A DNA stretch of 64,000 nt, taken from positions 160,001 through 224,000 of the forward strand of contig CAVZRV010000027.1 in assembly GCA_963777605.1 (NCBI GenBank), in the 5' to 3' direction. Origin of the DNA: an uncultured Acidobacteriota bacterium (GTDB lineage: Bacteria; Acidobacteriota; UBA6911; RPQK01; JAPXNP01). Below, in pieces: positions 29,933 to 40,716 of this stretch (position 1 is its first letter; every line of letters begins with the position of its first letter). The translations under genes and the position numbers were made by a program. The notes under the pieces were generated by a model. It was not told where the DNA came from. It was given only the letters and a program-made list of their open reading frames with translations, and made no database searches.

Positions 29933-30616
29933 GTGATGATGAAACAAATAATGGCTTTTGCGTTCAGCTTCTTTCTGTTGTTGCCGTTTGGTTTTGCCGC
30001 CACCCGAAGTGACAAACCTGCCCAGGACGCTCATGGGCCTCTTTATGTCGGACTGCTGATCCAGGACAACCTTCCCAACGTGACAACGGACACCAATGTT
30101 TACCGCGAGTTCATCCGATCCCTCCCCAAGGGAACCCACATCGCGGTCGCTTATGCCCGACCGGGATCGGTCGACGTGGCCGTCCCCTTTACCGAAGACC
30201 TGGGGAAAGCGGCCTCTGAATTCCGGGCGCCGGCCGGATTCGCCCGGATGGCACCGGGAAGCCCGTTCATGTCGGCCAAGGAGTTCATCAAGAAATTCCC
30301 TGCCGACGGAAACGCCCAGCGTCTTCTGATCTTCGTGTCGGATGGGATCGACTCGAACTACGGTGACTTTGCGTCCCCTTATACGGGAAACCCCTATCTG
30401 ACCAGTGCCGTGAGCACTGCGAAGAAGTCCAACACTCGAGTCGACACGATCTTTGCCCCTTCGTCCCGAACCCGGGGATCGTTCCGGGCCAATATCGGCC
30501 AGGGCACATTGAACTACCTGTCCCAGAATACGGGTGGTGTCGGTTATTACTCGGGCAGCACCTATATCTCGGCTCAACCGTTCCTGGAGAAGATCCTGAA
30601 GCAGATCAATCCCTGA
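29933..30616 (+). CDS. Secreted VWA-like domain hypothetical protein
   Basis: Signal peptide; PFTED, LIFVSDGID and L..LS..TGG as in von Willebrand A folds. Confidence 0.6.
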   Translation: MMMKQIMAFAFSFFLLLPFGFAATRSDKPAQDAHGPLYVGLLIQDNLPNVTTDTNVYREFIRSLPKGTHIAVAYARPGSVDVAVPFTEDLGKAASEFRAPAGFARMAPGSPFMSAKEFIKKFPADGNAQRLLIFVSDGIDSNYGDFASPYTGNPYLTSAVSTAKKSNTRVDTIFAPSSRTRGSFRANIGQGTLNYLSQNTGGVGYYSGSTYISAQPFLEKILKQINP

Positions 30617-30703
30617 TGGCTCGCGAGTCGAGCAGCTACAAATGGCAGACCACCGGTCCGTCTTCACGCCTCGGCGCGGGGACGGACCGACTTTGCATGG
30701 GAA

Positions 30704-31885
30704 TCAATCGTTGGATGAGGCAGATCGAATCATCTTCTCGAAGTCGCCGATCGGGAAAGCGTCGAGACGGTGTCCGTCCCTCCCCTCCATGGTCTCTGCC
30801 TTGAAGAGCGAGTTGAGAACCGCCTCCTCGACGGCTTCGACCGTAGCGAGAAACAGCGGGCTGACGAAATCGTCCTGAAGCTCCTCGACCGTCCGAGTCC
30901 GGGACTTCGGTGCGTAGGGAACCGGGTTCCGGGTAGAGAAAGCGATCACGAAATCCCCCGAACCGTGGCTCATGAAGGACCCTGTTCGAGCCAGGCCGAG
31001 GACCGCCCGCCGGGCGATCCGCTTCAGGTTCCGGGGCGACAGCGGTGCGTCGGTAGCCAGGATGACCATGCAGGACCCGTCCCCGTTCCTTCCAGGACCG
31101 CCATCTTGCCCTGCGGCAGCCTCGATCTCGCCGCGGAAGGAGTAGCGTCCCAATGCCTCCCCGACACGATGCCCGTCGATAGTAAGAATCCCTCCGAAGT
31201 TGGTCTGCACGAGGGCACCGAGGGTGTACCCGCCCAGCGAGTCCGGGAGAACCCGCGAGGCGGTCCCGATCCCTCCCTTCCATCCAAAGAGCTGAGTCCC
31301 CGTTCCGGCGCCGACATCCCCCTCGGAAACCGGGCCGGAAACGGCCTGCTCAATAGCCTCGTAGACGTCCGCTTCGGTCACGGCACAACTCCGGATGTCG
31401 TTCAGATACCCATCGTTCGTCTCGCCCACGACAGCATTAACTGACCTGACCGTCTCATTCCCGGGCTGCCGAAGGGTCCATTTGACGACAGCCTGCACCG
31501 CCGTCCCGACGGAAAGCGTATTCGTCAGCACGATTGGAGTCTCGAGGTTCCCCAACTCATCCACCTGGAGAAACCCCGCGGCTTTCCCGAACGCGTTTCC
31601 AGGATAGACGGCGGCAGCCACTTTCTCCTGGAAAAGGTTGCCCTCATGAGGGAGGACTGCGGTTACCCCGGTTCGAATCGAATCTCCCCGGATGATCGTT
31701 TTGTGGCCTACTCGGATCCCAGCTACGTCGGTGATGGCGTTGAGAGACCCCGGTTGAAGGACCCCCAACTTCACGCCCAGGTCCCGAACCCGAGGGCGAT
31801 TCTCCGCGTGCATCAAGGCCCCCGCAAGCACCAGCGTCACGGTCACAAGAAACAACCAGCCCTGCCCGGGACCACTTGCCGTCAT
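30704..31885 (-). CDS. DmpA-like aminopeptidase (peptidase P1/S58)
   Basis: NAITDVAG, RTGVT, ETNDG, GAGTG, KGGIGTAS, the autoproteolysis motif GS..VILATDAP, and SGD. Confidence 0.92.
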   Translation of the reverse strand: MTASGPGQGWLFLVTVTLVLAGALMHAENRPRVRDLGVKLGVLQPGSLNAITDVAGIRVGHKTIIRGDSIRTGVTAVLPHEGNLFQEKVAAAVYPGNAFGKAAGFLQVDELGNLETPIVLTNTLSVGTAVQAVVKWTLRQPGNETVRSVNAVVGETNDGYLNDIRSCAVTEADVYEAIEQAVSGPVSEGDVGAGTGTQLFGWKGGIGTASRVLPDSLGGYTLGALVQTNFGGILTIDGHRVGEALGRYSFRGEIEAAAGQDGGPGRNGDGSCMVILATDAPLSPRNLKRIARRAVLGLARTGSFMSHGSGDFVIAFSTRNPVPYAPKSRTRTVEELQDDFVSPLFLATVEAVEEAVLNSLFKAETMEGRDGHRLDAFPIGDFEKMIRSASSND

Positions 31886-32010
31886 CAGTCGATCCTCCCG
31901 CCCGGTGCCCGTTGCAGTCATTGGCAAGGGCGCGCCATTCCCTGCGAACTGCGCCTTGTCTTGGCGCGTATGCGAGGCTCTGAAAGCGTCATATGATGCG
32001 TGACAGGACA

Positions 32011-33156
32011 CTAGAGCTCTTTGACCCGGATGTCCTTGAATTCGAGCCAGCTGCCCGGCTGGTGCGCCTGCAACTCGATGTGACCTTCCGTCACGTTTTC
32101 GAGTTGGTCGTACTCGAGCACCGTGTCCCCGTTGACCCTCACCAGGCAGTTTCGACCCTGCACGCGGATCTGCATCGGGTACCACTTCCCGTCCTCGATC
32201 CGCGGGTAGGACGCCCGTTTGAAGTAGTAGAGCGAGCCCGTCGCATAGTGGGCATCGGCGACGTTGTGGATCTGAATCTCGTAATGCCGCTTTCCTGAAA
32301 GGCCTTTTCCCTCCGACCTTACGAGGATTCCGCCATTGTGCTCTTTGGGACCCCGGATGTAGAGCGTCAGCTCAAAATCTTTGTACTGTTTCAGGGTGGC
32401 CAGGTGGCCGGCACCTTCCGCCCGAATGACCGGTCCCTCTCCGAGGAAACTGACGGGAGAGGACTTGGAACTTTCCGAGATCCGCCATTTCTCCATATCG
32501 CTCTCCTGGGCGTAGAGCGGTTCCCAGGTCTCCTTGGACGAGAGTTCGCGGATACTGATGTTCCGGTACCGGAGCGGGTAGCCGAGCCCGCGAAGGGCGA
32601 GGTATCCCGATCGCACACGGTCACGCAGGTCCGGAATGGTCTCCAGATTGAGATCCTGGACGATCGCGTCATTGACCCAGACCTGGAGGCGCGGCCAGTC
32701 CATCAGGATCCGCATGGAATTCCAGGTTCCACCGGACTTAACGGTGATCCGGGAGGGGGCAACAATCGGGAAGATTGACCCCATCGAATTCGGTTTCGGT
32801 GCCTCATCTGCCTGCTGGAAGACCTTCACCATTTTTCCGACCCAAGTCGGGCGCCCGTGGAGCGGAGCATGGAAGAAGACGCCTCCGTCCATCCACCCCT
32901 CGATGAAGAACTCGAGCCGCAGGTCGAAATTCTCGTACTGGCGATCCGATCTCAACCAGGCCGGATACTGGGAGGACTTGGACGAGACCAGGGCGCCCTC
33001 GGAAACGTAAAACGCCGAGTCCGGACCATCTTCGATGTTCCAGCCCTGGAGAGTCTTCCCGTCAAAGAGGGAGGTAAACCCAGCCGGCGGCGGTGTGGCC
33101 AAGGCGACCGGGGATGCAGCAGCGACAGCGAGAAAATCACGACGATTCAATTTCAA
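32011..33156 (-). CDS. Tat-exported tandem DUF1080 (3-keto-glycoside hydrolase-like) protein
   Basis: NRRDFL Tat motif; two LFDGK/NGG/YEIQI/LQAH/FKDI units. Confidence 0.85.
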   Translation of the reverse strand: MKLNRRDFLAVAAASPVALATPPPAGFTSLFDGKTLQGWNIEDGPDSAFYVSEGALVSSKSSQYPAWLRSDRQYENFDLRLEFFIEGWMDGGVFFHAPLHGRPTWVGKMVKVFQQADEAPKPNSMGSIFPIVAPSRITVKSGGTWNSMRILMDWPRLQVWVNDAIVQDLNLETIPDLRDRVRSGYLALRGLGYPLRYRNISIRELSSKETWEPLYAQESDMEKWRISESSKSSPVSFLGEGPVIRAEGAGHLATLKQYKDFELTLYIRGPKEHNGGILVRSEGKGLSGKRHYEIQIHNVADAHYATGSLYYFKRASYPRIEDGKWYPMQIRVQGRNCLVRVNGDTVLEYDQLENVTEGHIELQAHQPGSWLEFKDIRVKEL

Positions 33157-33226
33157 CTCCTCCTTTAAACGATCAGTTGGACGTTCACAACAAGTCTATA
33201 TCCCGTTCTGCCGAATGACACCTGCA

Positions 33227-33802
33227 CTACCAGCACGCGGAATCCTCAACCCGCCCCGGTGCGAAGATCCCAAACCCGTAAGCCAGGATGGCCGTCACCC
33301 AGGGTTCGTTCAAGGTGATCCAGTTCTTGACCCGGTCACCAAAGTGCTCGAAGCAGATCTCCGCGTAGCGGCCAAAGTAGCCGGCGATGTCCGGTCCCAG
33401 CCAGCCGTCGCATTCAAACTGCAGAGCAAGCGGCACATCCCAGTGGTGAAGGGTCGCCCAGGGCGCAATGCCCCGATCGAGCAAGCGGTCGATAAGATCG
33501 GAGTAAAAACGAATCCCCTCCCGGTTCGGCTTGCCTTTGCCGTCGGGCTGGATCCTCGGCCAGGAAATTGAAAACCGGTATGCCTGTAGGCCCATCTCGG
33601 CCATCAAATCGACGTCTTCGGCATAACGGTGGTAATGGTCGCATGCGACGTCGCCCGTGTCTCCGGGCCTCACCTTGCCGGGAATCCGGCAGAAAAAGCC
33701 CCAGATGCTCGGACCTTTCCCATTCTCGTTCCAGCCACCTTCGATCTGGTAACTGGAAGTGGATGCCCCCCAAACAAAATCTCCCGGAAACTGTGCTCGC
33801 AT
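33227..33802 (-). pseudogene. GH1 beta-glucosidase, N-terminal fragment only
   Basis: FVWGASTSSYQIEG, CDHYHRY, RFSISWPR and TLNEP are present. It stops at about 190 aa, before the nucleophile ENG motif. Confidence 0.85.
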
Positions 33803-33925
33803 AATGACCATCCTCCCGGCCTCAGCGCCACTGCCTATCATAACCGGTTGTCGCCCAGGAGGAATCAATCAACCGTTCGGATGGAAAGATGGGCTATGAT
33901 CTGAAAAGAAGACGGACAAATTTTG

Positions 33926-34930
33926 ATGGAGAAGCCTTTTCCCAAATCTGTTTCCACTGTGGACCGTGTCGGCCAATTGCTGGAGTCCGTTGCGCCGGAA
34001 GATTCTCTGGCGATCCTGATCAGGGCGGATCCCGATGCCATCGCCGGCGCCTTGGCGCTGCGGCGCATTTTCTGGCGGCGGGTCAAGCAGATTCAGATCG
34101 GGCGCATCAACGAGATCAAGCGCCCGGACAACATCGCCCTGATTCATTCCCTGAAGATTGCGCTGGCCCCGTTCAAGCGGATCAAGGCTGCAGAGGTCAC
34201 GAAGTGGGTTCTGATCGACTCTCAGCCACACCACGCGGACCAGTTCGGCAGGATCGACTTCAGCATCGTCATCGATCACCACCCGGTCGAAGAGGGGCTC
34301 AAAGCCGACTACATCGACATCCGCCCGGACTACGGCTCGGTTTCAACGATTTTCACCGAGTATCTCCGGGCCGCCCGGATCAAGCCATCACCCCGGCTGG
34401 CGACAGCGCTCTTTTACGGGATCAAGACCGACACAGGCAACTTCGTCAGGCCGGTTATCCAGAACGACCTCAACGCTTTTCATTACCTCTACAAGTTCAC
34501 CAACATCAACCTGGTTCGGAAGATCGAGTCCTCGGAGATGACCAAGAAAACCCTCGATGTCTTTCGCCAGGGAATGGACAATCTGACTTTCCTCAAAGAC
34601 GTGGCATTCGTCCACATGGAGAACGTAAACAACCCCGATTCTCTGGTCATCGCGGCCGACTTTTTTCTGAATCTCGCCGAAGCCACATGGTCAATCGTGT
34701 CGGCAAAGTGTGGAAACGAGCTGGTCGTGATTCTGAGGAATGCCGGTTTCAGACGAGATGCCGGGAAACTGGCCCAGAAGCTGTTTGGCAAATGGGGCCG
34801 GGCCGGAGGACATCGGGCGGCCGCTCGCGCCGAAATCCCGGTTTCAGCCATCAAGGCCCAGGTCCGGTCGGAACGTGGTTACCGCAACTTCGTTTTTGAC
34901 CAGATCAAGAAGGAGTGGCAAGACAGGTAA
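33926..34930 (+). CDS. DHH/DHHA1 phosphoesterase
   Basis: DPDAI, ID, IDHH, GIKTDT and AGGH. Confidence 0.9.
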   Translation: MEKPFPKSVSTVDRVGQLLESVAPEDSLAILIRADPDAIAGALALRRIFWRRVKQIQIGRINEIKRPDNIALIHSLKIALAPFKRIKAAEVTKWVLIDSQPHHADQFGRIDFSIVIDHHPVEEGLKADYIDIRPDYGSVSTIFTEYLRAARIKPSPRLATALFYGIKTDTGNFVRPVIQNDLNAFHYLYKFTNINLVRKIESSEMTKKTLDVFRQGMDNLTFLKDVAFVHMENVNNPDSLVIAADFFLNLAEATWSIVSAKCGNELVVILRNAGFRRDAGKLAQKLFGKWGRAGGHRAAARAEIPVSAIKAQVRSERGYRNFVFDQIKKEWQDR

Positions 34931-34978
34931 CGCCCTCCCGAATGATCCCTGGTGGGCTCGTCCTCGATGCGGCAAGGT

Positions 34979-35332
34979 TCAGTTCGCAGCGGTTCCCAGG
35001 AGGCTGTCGACAGCGGCGGTACGCTCTTCGTGAATCTCGAGGATTTCTCCCAACCGGGTAATTTCAATGAGTCGCTTGAGGCGCGGCCTCATCCCTGCCA
35101 AAGCCAGACGACCGCCGCACTTCCCGACGGCCGTATTCGCGGTCAGAAGCGCCTCCAGTCCAAGACTGTCCATGAAATCGACCGTGCCCAGATCGAGCAC
35201 AAGCTTTGATCTCCCGGCATCCACCATCTCTCGAATCAGCAATGACAGGGCGGAGACCCCGTGGTCAATCGTCAACGCCCCGCTGACGGTCAGAATCGTG
35301 ATATTTCCAATCTCTTCCGCTTTAATGTCCAC
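34979..35332 (-). CDS. STAS-domain anti-sigma factor antagonist
   Basis: LVLDL..VDFMDSLGL and ITRL. Confidence 0.9.
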   Translation of the reverse strand: MDIKAEEIGNITILTVSGALTIDHGVSALSLLIREMVDAGRSKLVLDLGTVDFMDSLGLEALLTANTAVGKCGGRLALAGMRPRLKRLIEITRLGEILEIHEERTAAVDSLLGTAAN

Positions 35333-35722
35333 GATCTTCCGCTCCCCTGCTACCCCCTACTATACTCCGCCTCCAGCGGGTTCGAGATCTATGGTCCGAA
35401 TTCCCGCTTCAGAATGCTCCAGAGTGGATTGTCGCGCCGATTCTTCAACGTCTCCGGATCGTCGCCTCGCCCGACGGCCTCCCAGTACTGCTCACCCAGG
35501 GGTTGCGTACCCAACTCATAATCGAGCGTTACCGCAAACGTCCATGAGAAGAGATCGGCGCAGGGCCTTCCGCCCGGGAGACCCTGCGTTTCAGATCCCA
35601 AGCCTGGCGGCAGAAAGGGTAAAGCTGTCGTATCTGGTGATCCGGAACCGGTGTGTTTACAATTGCCAAAGCCTTCCCCGGGAACGGACCCGGTCCGAGG
35701 CACAAAGAAGGGATTCGGAATC

Positions 35723-37045
35723 ATGAGGTGTTTTCTCGCCGCTCTGCTGGCTACAGTGACGTTGTCAATTCCCGTCTCGGGCCAGGTTCCCACGCCCCAG
35801 GCCCGCCGGAATTCCAATCAGAGCAGCACGGTCCTCAAGCCCGACGCCCTGTTCGACGCAGAGTCGGGAACGCTCAGGCAGGGTTGGGGAGTGGTCGTCG
35901 TCGGCAACCGGATCACCGAAGTGGGCCCCACTGGAGAACTTTCGTCCCCACCCGGTGCCCGGATCCTGGAACTTCGGGGGATGACCCTGCTCCCCGGCTT
36001 GATCGAAGCCCACTCTCACATCTTTCTGCACCCCTACAACGAAACGCTCTGGGATGACCAGATATTGAAGGAACCGCTGGCTTATCGCGTGATCCTCGCA
36101 GCGGAACACTGCCGGAAAACGCTTTTGGCCGGATTCACGACTCTCCGGGACCTGGGTACCGAAGGAGCTGACTTCGCCGATGTTTCGGTTCAGCGCGCTA
36201 TCGACGAAGGGCGCATTCCGGGGCCTCGCCTGCTGATCGCGACCCGGGCCATTGTGGCAACAGCCAGTTATGCGCCGGGCCCGCGGGGATACGCCGACAA
36301 TGTGGATCTCCCCACCGGGGCGCAGGAGGCCACCGGCGTCCCCGAGACCGTACGGGCCGTGAGAGAGCAGGTCGGCCACGGCGCCCAGTGGGTCAAGGTG
36401 TATGCCGATTTCCGAAGAGGGCCCGGCCGTGCGTTGACTCCCACCTTCAACATCGAGGAACTGAAGGCGATGGTCGACGAGGCCCACAGCGCCGGGTGCC
36501 CTGTCTCCGCCCACGCCGCGAGCCCGGAAGGGATGCGCAGGGCCGTGCTGGCCGGCGTCGACACCATCGAGCACGGAACCGAGGGCACGGACGAGGTTTT
36601 TCGTTTGCTGGCTGAAAAGGGCGTGGCCTACTTTCCCACCCTGACGGCCGTTGAAGCCTACAGCGAGTACTTCCAGGGCTACCAGCGAGGCAGCCAACCC
36701 GAAACCGAGGAGATGCTGCAGGCGGAACGGGCTTTTCGGGCGGCGCTCAAAGCCGGAGTCACCATCGGCCTCGGCAGCGATGTCGGAGTCTTCACCCACG
36801 GCGACAACTTCCGGGAACTGGAGTGGATGGCCCGCTGTGGAATGAACGCGGTGCAAGCCCTCCAGGCCGCGACCTCGGTCAATGCCCGGATCCTCCGCAT
36901 GCAGGATCAGATCGGCCAGATCAAGCCCGGTCTCCTTGCCGACCTGGTGGCCGTCCCGGGTGACCCGACCCGTGACGTCTCGGTCGTGAAGCAGGTCGAA
37001 TTCGTCATGAAAGATGGGGCGATCATCAAAGGCGGGGAGAAGTGA
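35723..37045 (+). CDS. Secreted amidohydrolase (Xaa-Pro dipeptidase-like)
   Basis: [30 protein letters not shown] and ADLVAV; signal peptide. Confidence 0.9.
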   Translation: MRCFLAALLATVTLSIPVSGQVPTPQARRNSNQSSTVLKPDALFDAESGTLRQGWGVVVVGNRITEVGPTGELSSPPGARILELRGMTLLPGLIEAHSHIFLHPYNETLWDDQILKEPLAYRVILAAEHCRKTLLAGFTTLRDLGTEGADFADVSVQRAIDEGRIPGPRLLIATRAIVATASYAPGPRGYADNVDLPTGAQEATGVPETVRAVREQVGHGAQWVKVYADFRRGPGRALTPTFNIEELKAMVDEAHSAGCPVSAHAASPEGMRRAVLAGVDTIEHGTEGTDEVFRLLAEKGVAYFPTLTAVEAYSEYFQGYQRGSQPETEEMLQAERAFRAALKAGVTIGLGSDVGVFTHGDNFRELEWMARCGMNAVQALQAATSVNARILRMQDQIGQIKPGLLADLVAVPGDPTRDVSVVKQVEFVMKDGAIIKGGEK

Positions 37046-37088
37046 TCCGCCACCCTGTTGCCCTATTTGGAGCCGGTGCTAAGATTTG

Positions 37089-37961
37089 ATGGTGAATACC
37101 AAGAATTTCGTGCTCCTTCTCGCTTGCGCAGTAGTCTTTTCGATGCCCGGGTGCGGCTCAGCCCCGACTCACTCCGATTCACCATCAGGCGTACAAAACG
37201 AGTTGACGCCACAGGAGTCAGCCGACGGCTGGGTCCTGTTATTCGACGGGAAAACGCTCAACGGATGGGAAGACCCGGCGCGGGAGACTCCACCCGGGGA
37301 CTCCTGGGTCGTCGAAGACGGGTGCATCCGGGCGGTGGGACATCCGAGGTTGAGGGAAGATCTGCTGACCAAGACGGTCTTCGGTGATTTCGAACTGGCG
37401 TTCGATTGGAAGATCTCACCGGGGGGAAACAGCGGCGTCAAGTACCTGATTCAAGACCGAGCCGTGCTGGTGGCAGGGAAAACCAACCCGGATGCAAAAC
37501 GATTCGAAGACACGGTGGATTACGAACTGGAACACCGGACCGCCGACCGGAGCCGACTGGGCCCGGAAGATCACATCGAGGAGTACCTGGTCGCCTATGA
37601 GTACCAGGTTATTGACAACGACCGGCACCCGGATGCGGCGGAAGATCTGGACCGCAGGGCCGGATCAATTTACGGACTGGTCGCCCCCGAGGGGGCGGAG
37701 GTCAAGCCGGTCGGTGAGTTCAACCAGTCCCGCATCGTCCTGCGCGGACATCACGTCGAACACTGGCTAAACGGAAAGCGGATCCTGCGGGCAAACCTCG
37801 ATTCGGACGCCATTCGGAGCGGCCTCGCAAAACGCTGGACGACGGCTTCACCGGTCTATCGCCTGCTCACCCAACTGCCCCTCCGGCAGACGCCCATTGC
37901 ACTCCAGAATCACGGCGACGACGCCTGGTTCCGCAACATCAAGATTCGCAGCCTCAACTAG
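37089..37961 (+). CDS. DUF1080 lipoprotein
   Basis: Lipobox-like MPGC, LLFDGK..GW, NSGVKY, EYQVID and LQNHG..WFRNIKI. Confidence 0.88.
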   Translation: MVNTKNFVLLLACAVVFSMPGCGSAPTHSDSPSGVQNELTPQESADGWVLLFDGKTLNGWEDPARETPPGDSWVVEDGCIRAVGHPRLREDLLTKTVFGDFELAFDWKISPGGNSGVKYLIQDRAVLVAGKTNPDAKRFEDTVDYELEHRTADRSRLGPEDHIEEYLVAYEYQVIDNDRHPDAAEDLDRRAGSIYGLVAPEGAEVKPVGEFNQSRIVLRGHHVEHWLNGKRILRANLDSDAIRSGLAKRWTTASPVYRLLTQLPLRQTPIALQNHGDDAWFRNIKIRSLN

Positions 37962-37979
37962 ACTGCCGGGGAACAAATC

Positions 37980-39707
37980 ATGATTCGAATCGCGGTCACC
38001 AGAGACCCGGCAACCGGGGAAGAGGTGCTGGAAACAAGTCTTTCCGGAAGGGCTTTGCTGGGATGTCCGGCCCTCTCCAAGGGAACCGGATTCAGCAGGC
38101 AGGAACGGGCAGAGTTGGGCCTGATGGGGCTTCTACCGTACCACATCCGGAACCTGGAGGAGCAGGTCTTCTGGGCGTACGAGGAATTCAAACAGAAAAC
38201 CTCCGACATCGAGCGCCACATCTACCTGCGTGCTCTCCAGGACAACATTGAGACCGTCTTCTACCGACTGCTGTTCGAGCACATCGAGGAGATGATGCCG
38301 CTGGTCTACACCCCTATTGTCGGAGATGCCTGCCAGCGCTTCAGCCGGATTTACCGGCGGGGACGGGGGTTGATCGTGGCCTACCCGGCCCAGGAGCAGA
38401 TCGAGGACGTTCTCGAAAACCGCCCCTACTACGACGTGGACGTCATCGTCGTAACCGACGGGGAAAGAATTCTCGGACTGGGTGACCAGGGCCTTGGCGG
38501 CCTGGGGATTCCCATCGGGAAACTCTCCCTCTACACTCTCTGCGGCGGCATCCACCCGGCGCGAACCCTGCCGGTCATCCTCGACACCGGGACCGACAAC
38601 GAGCGCCTCCTGAACGATCCCCTCTATCTTGGCTGGCGCCATAAGCGGGTTAGGGGAGCCGAGTACAATCGGTTCGTCGATGCCTTCGTCCAGGCAGTCT
38701 CCCGGAAACTCCCCGACGCACTTTTGCAATGGGAGGATTTCTCCCAGGCCAACGCAAGACCGATCCTGGAACGTCACCGGGACTCGCTGCTCACTTTCAA
38801 CGACGACATCCAGGGCACGGCGGCCGTCCTTCTCGGCACGCTCACCGGAGCCCTCCATGCCGCCGGAACTTCACTGTCCCAGGTCCAGGTCGTCATCGCA
38901 GGCGCGGGATCGGCCGGAGTCGGGGTCGCCGATCTCCTGGCCTTGTTCCTTGAAAGCCGGAGGCTTTCTCGCAGCGAGGCCCTCTCCAGGTTGTGGCTGG
39001 TCGATCGAAACGGTCTCCTGCACAACCGGATGGACAACCTGAATGATCACCAGCGCAGGTACGCCCGGGACTCGGCGGCGCTGCAGGGCTGGAAACGGGA
39101 TGACCAGGGTCGCATCAGCCTGGCGGAAACCGTCCGGAAGACCGGAGCCGGGGTCCTCCTGGGGGCGTCGGGCCAGCAGGGGCTATTCACGGAAGAAGTG
39201 GTTCGTGCCATGTCCGCCGGCACGCCTGTGCCGGTTATCTTCCCCCTCTCCAACCCAACCTCCTGTTCGGAGGCCAGGCCGGAGGACCTATTCCGGTGGA
39301 GTGAGGGGCGTGCGCTGGTCGCGACGGGCAGCCCCTTTCCGCCCGTGGAGATCGCCGGCGAGAGGCGCAATGTCAGCCAGTGCAACAACGTCTACGTCTT
39401 TCCCGGGCTGGGTCTCGGTGCGGTTTCCTGCGAGGCCCGGAGAATCACCGACGGCATGCTGATGGCCGCAGCCATCACGCTGAGCCGGTGCTCGCCCGCC
39501 CTGACCGATCCGGCCGGCTCACTGCTCCCTCCGCTCAAAGACATCCGTCAGGTCTCCCGCAAGATCGCCGTAGCCGTTGGACGCCAGGCCGTCGAGGACG
39601 GGGTCGCCGAAATTATGACGGAAGAGGCCATCGAGCGGGCCGTAACGGCCAACATGTGGACCCCGGACTACCTCCCGCTCAGGCCACGGCCGAGATGGAC
39701 CTGGTGA
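37980..39707 (+). CDS. maeA: NAD-dependent malic enzyme
   Basis: VYTPIVG, TDGERILGLGD, QWEDF, FNDDIQGT, GAGSAG and LSNPT. Confidence 0.95.
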   Translation: MIRIAVTRDPATGEEVLETSLSGRALLGCPALSKGTGFSRQERAELGLMGLLPYHIRNLEEQVFWAYEEFKQKTSDIERHIYLRALQDNIETVFYRLLFEHIEEMMPLVYTPIVGDACQRFSRIYRRGRGLIVAYPAQEQIEDVLENRPYYDVDVIVVTDGERILGLGDQGLGGLGIPIGKLSLYTLCGGIHPARTLPVILDTGTDNERLLNDPLYLGWRHKRVRGAEYNRFVDAFVQAVSRKLPDALLQWEDFSQANARPILERHRDSLLTFNDDIQGTAAVLLGTLTGALHAAGTSLSQVQVVIAGAGSAGVGVADLLALFLESRRLSRSEALSRLWLVDRNGLLHNRMDNLNDHQRRYARDSAALQGWKRDDQGRISLAETVRKTGAGVLLGASGQQGLFTEEVVRAMSAGTPVPVIFPLSNPTSCSEARPEDLFRWSEGRALVATGSPFPPVEIAGERRNVSQCNNVYVFPGLGLGAVSCEARRITDGMLMAAAITLSRCSPALTDPAGSLLPPLKDIRQVSRKIAVAVGRQAVEDGVAEIMTEEAIERAVTANMWTPDYLPLRPRPRWTW

Positions 39708-39878
39708 GGAATACGGTCATGATCGCACTGCTGAGACGCTGCTTCCTGATTGCGGTTGCCGCAGGGTTCGTTATCATGGGGTTTTGACGATCCTGCTCGC
39801 CTGGGCCGGGCGACGATTCTCAGCTGGCCGACGGTCCGGCGTGTCTAGTGTCCAACTCAAACAGGAGTTGTAGCAAGA

Positions 39879-40526
39879 ATGAAATCGAACCTGGTTTGGT
39901 TGTATCCCGCGTTGGCTCTACCGGTCATGACGCTCCTCGCGATGAGTTTCTCGACTTCCGGCTCCCCTGCCGGGCCGGAAGACCTCGATACACGAGTGAA
40001 CCAGTATCTGGAATCCCAACACTGGAGAGACATGAACGTCCCCCGTGTGGACGGCCAGACCCTCTACGACATCATCGTCGAGCATCGCTACACGCGAGCT
40101 CTCGAGATCGGCACGTCAACCGGACACTCGGGAATCTGGATTGCGTGGGCGCTGAGCAAGACCGGCGGCAAGCTGATCACCATTGACATCGACGAGGGAC
40201 GGCACCGCCAGGCGGTGGAAAACTTCAAGGCAGTCGGCTTGGCCGACATCATCGACGCCCGCCTGGGCGATGCCCACGAAATCGTCCCCGAACTCGAAGG
40301 CCCGTTTGATTTTGTCTTCAGCGATGCCGACAAGGGCTGGTACAAGAACTACCTGGACGCCTTGCTTCCCAAGCTTTCCGTCGGGGGCTGCTATACCACG
40401 CACAATGTCATGCCCAACGGTTGGAACGGCGACTACCTCAAGTACCTGCAAAGCCTTCCAAACCTGGAGACAACCGTGGATACCCGGGGAGGTGGGCTCG
40501 CCATCAGTTACAAGCGCAGCAAGTAG
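39879..40526 (+). CDS. Class I SAM-dependent O-methyltransferase with N-terminal signal-like peptide
   Basis: LEIGTSTGHSG, GDA and FDFVFSDADK. Confidence 0.88.
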   Translation: MKSNLVWLYPALALPVMTLLAMSFSTSGSPAGPEDLDTRVNQYLESQHWRDMNVPRVDGQTLYDIIVEHRYTRALEIGTSTGHSGIWIAWALSKTGGKLITIDIDEGRHRQAVENFKAVGLADIIDARLGDAHEIVPELEGPFDFVFSDADKGWYKNYLDALLPKLSVGGCYTTHNVMPNGWNGDYLKYLQSLPNLETTVDTRGGGLAISYKRSK

Positions 40527-40716
40527 CGGCCGGCACGGGCCGGACGCCGACACATAAGCCGCGACCAACTCCGCGACGCAACCCGACTCCCATGTCAGAT
40601 GCTCGGCATCCGGTCGGCAGAAACATCCCGCTCGCGGGGCAGGCCCCGGGGCATCCGGGCCTCGTCAGGCAACGAACAAGACCCTGCAAGAGATGTAAAA
40701 ACAAAACCCGGAACGA

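Noticed and set aside
35389-35640. Protein-like minus-strand stretch ([12 protein letters not shown]...WSILKREFG)
   Set aside because: Could be another gene remnant, but no family is recognisable and there is no credible start.
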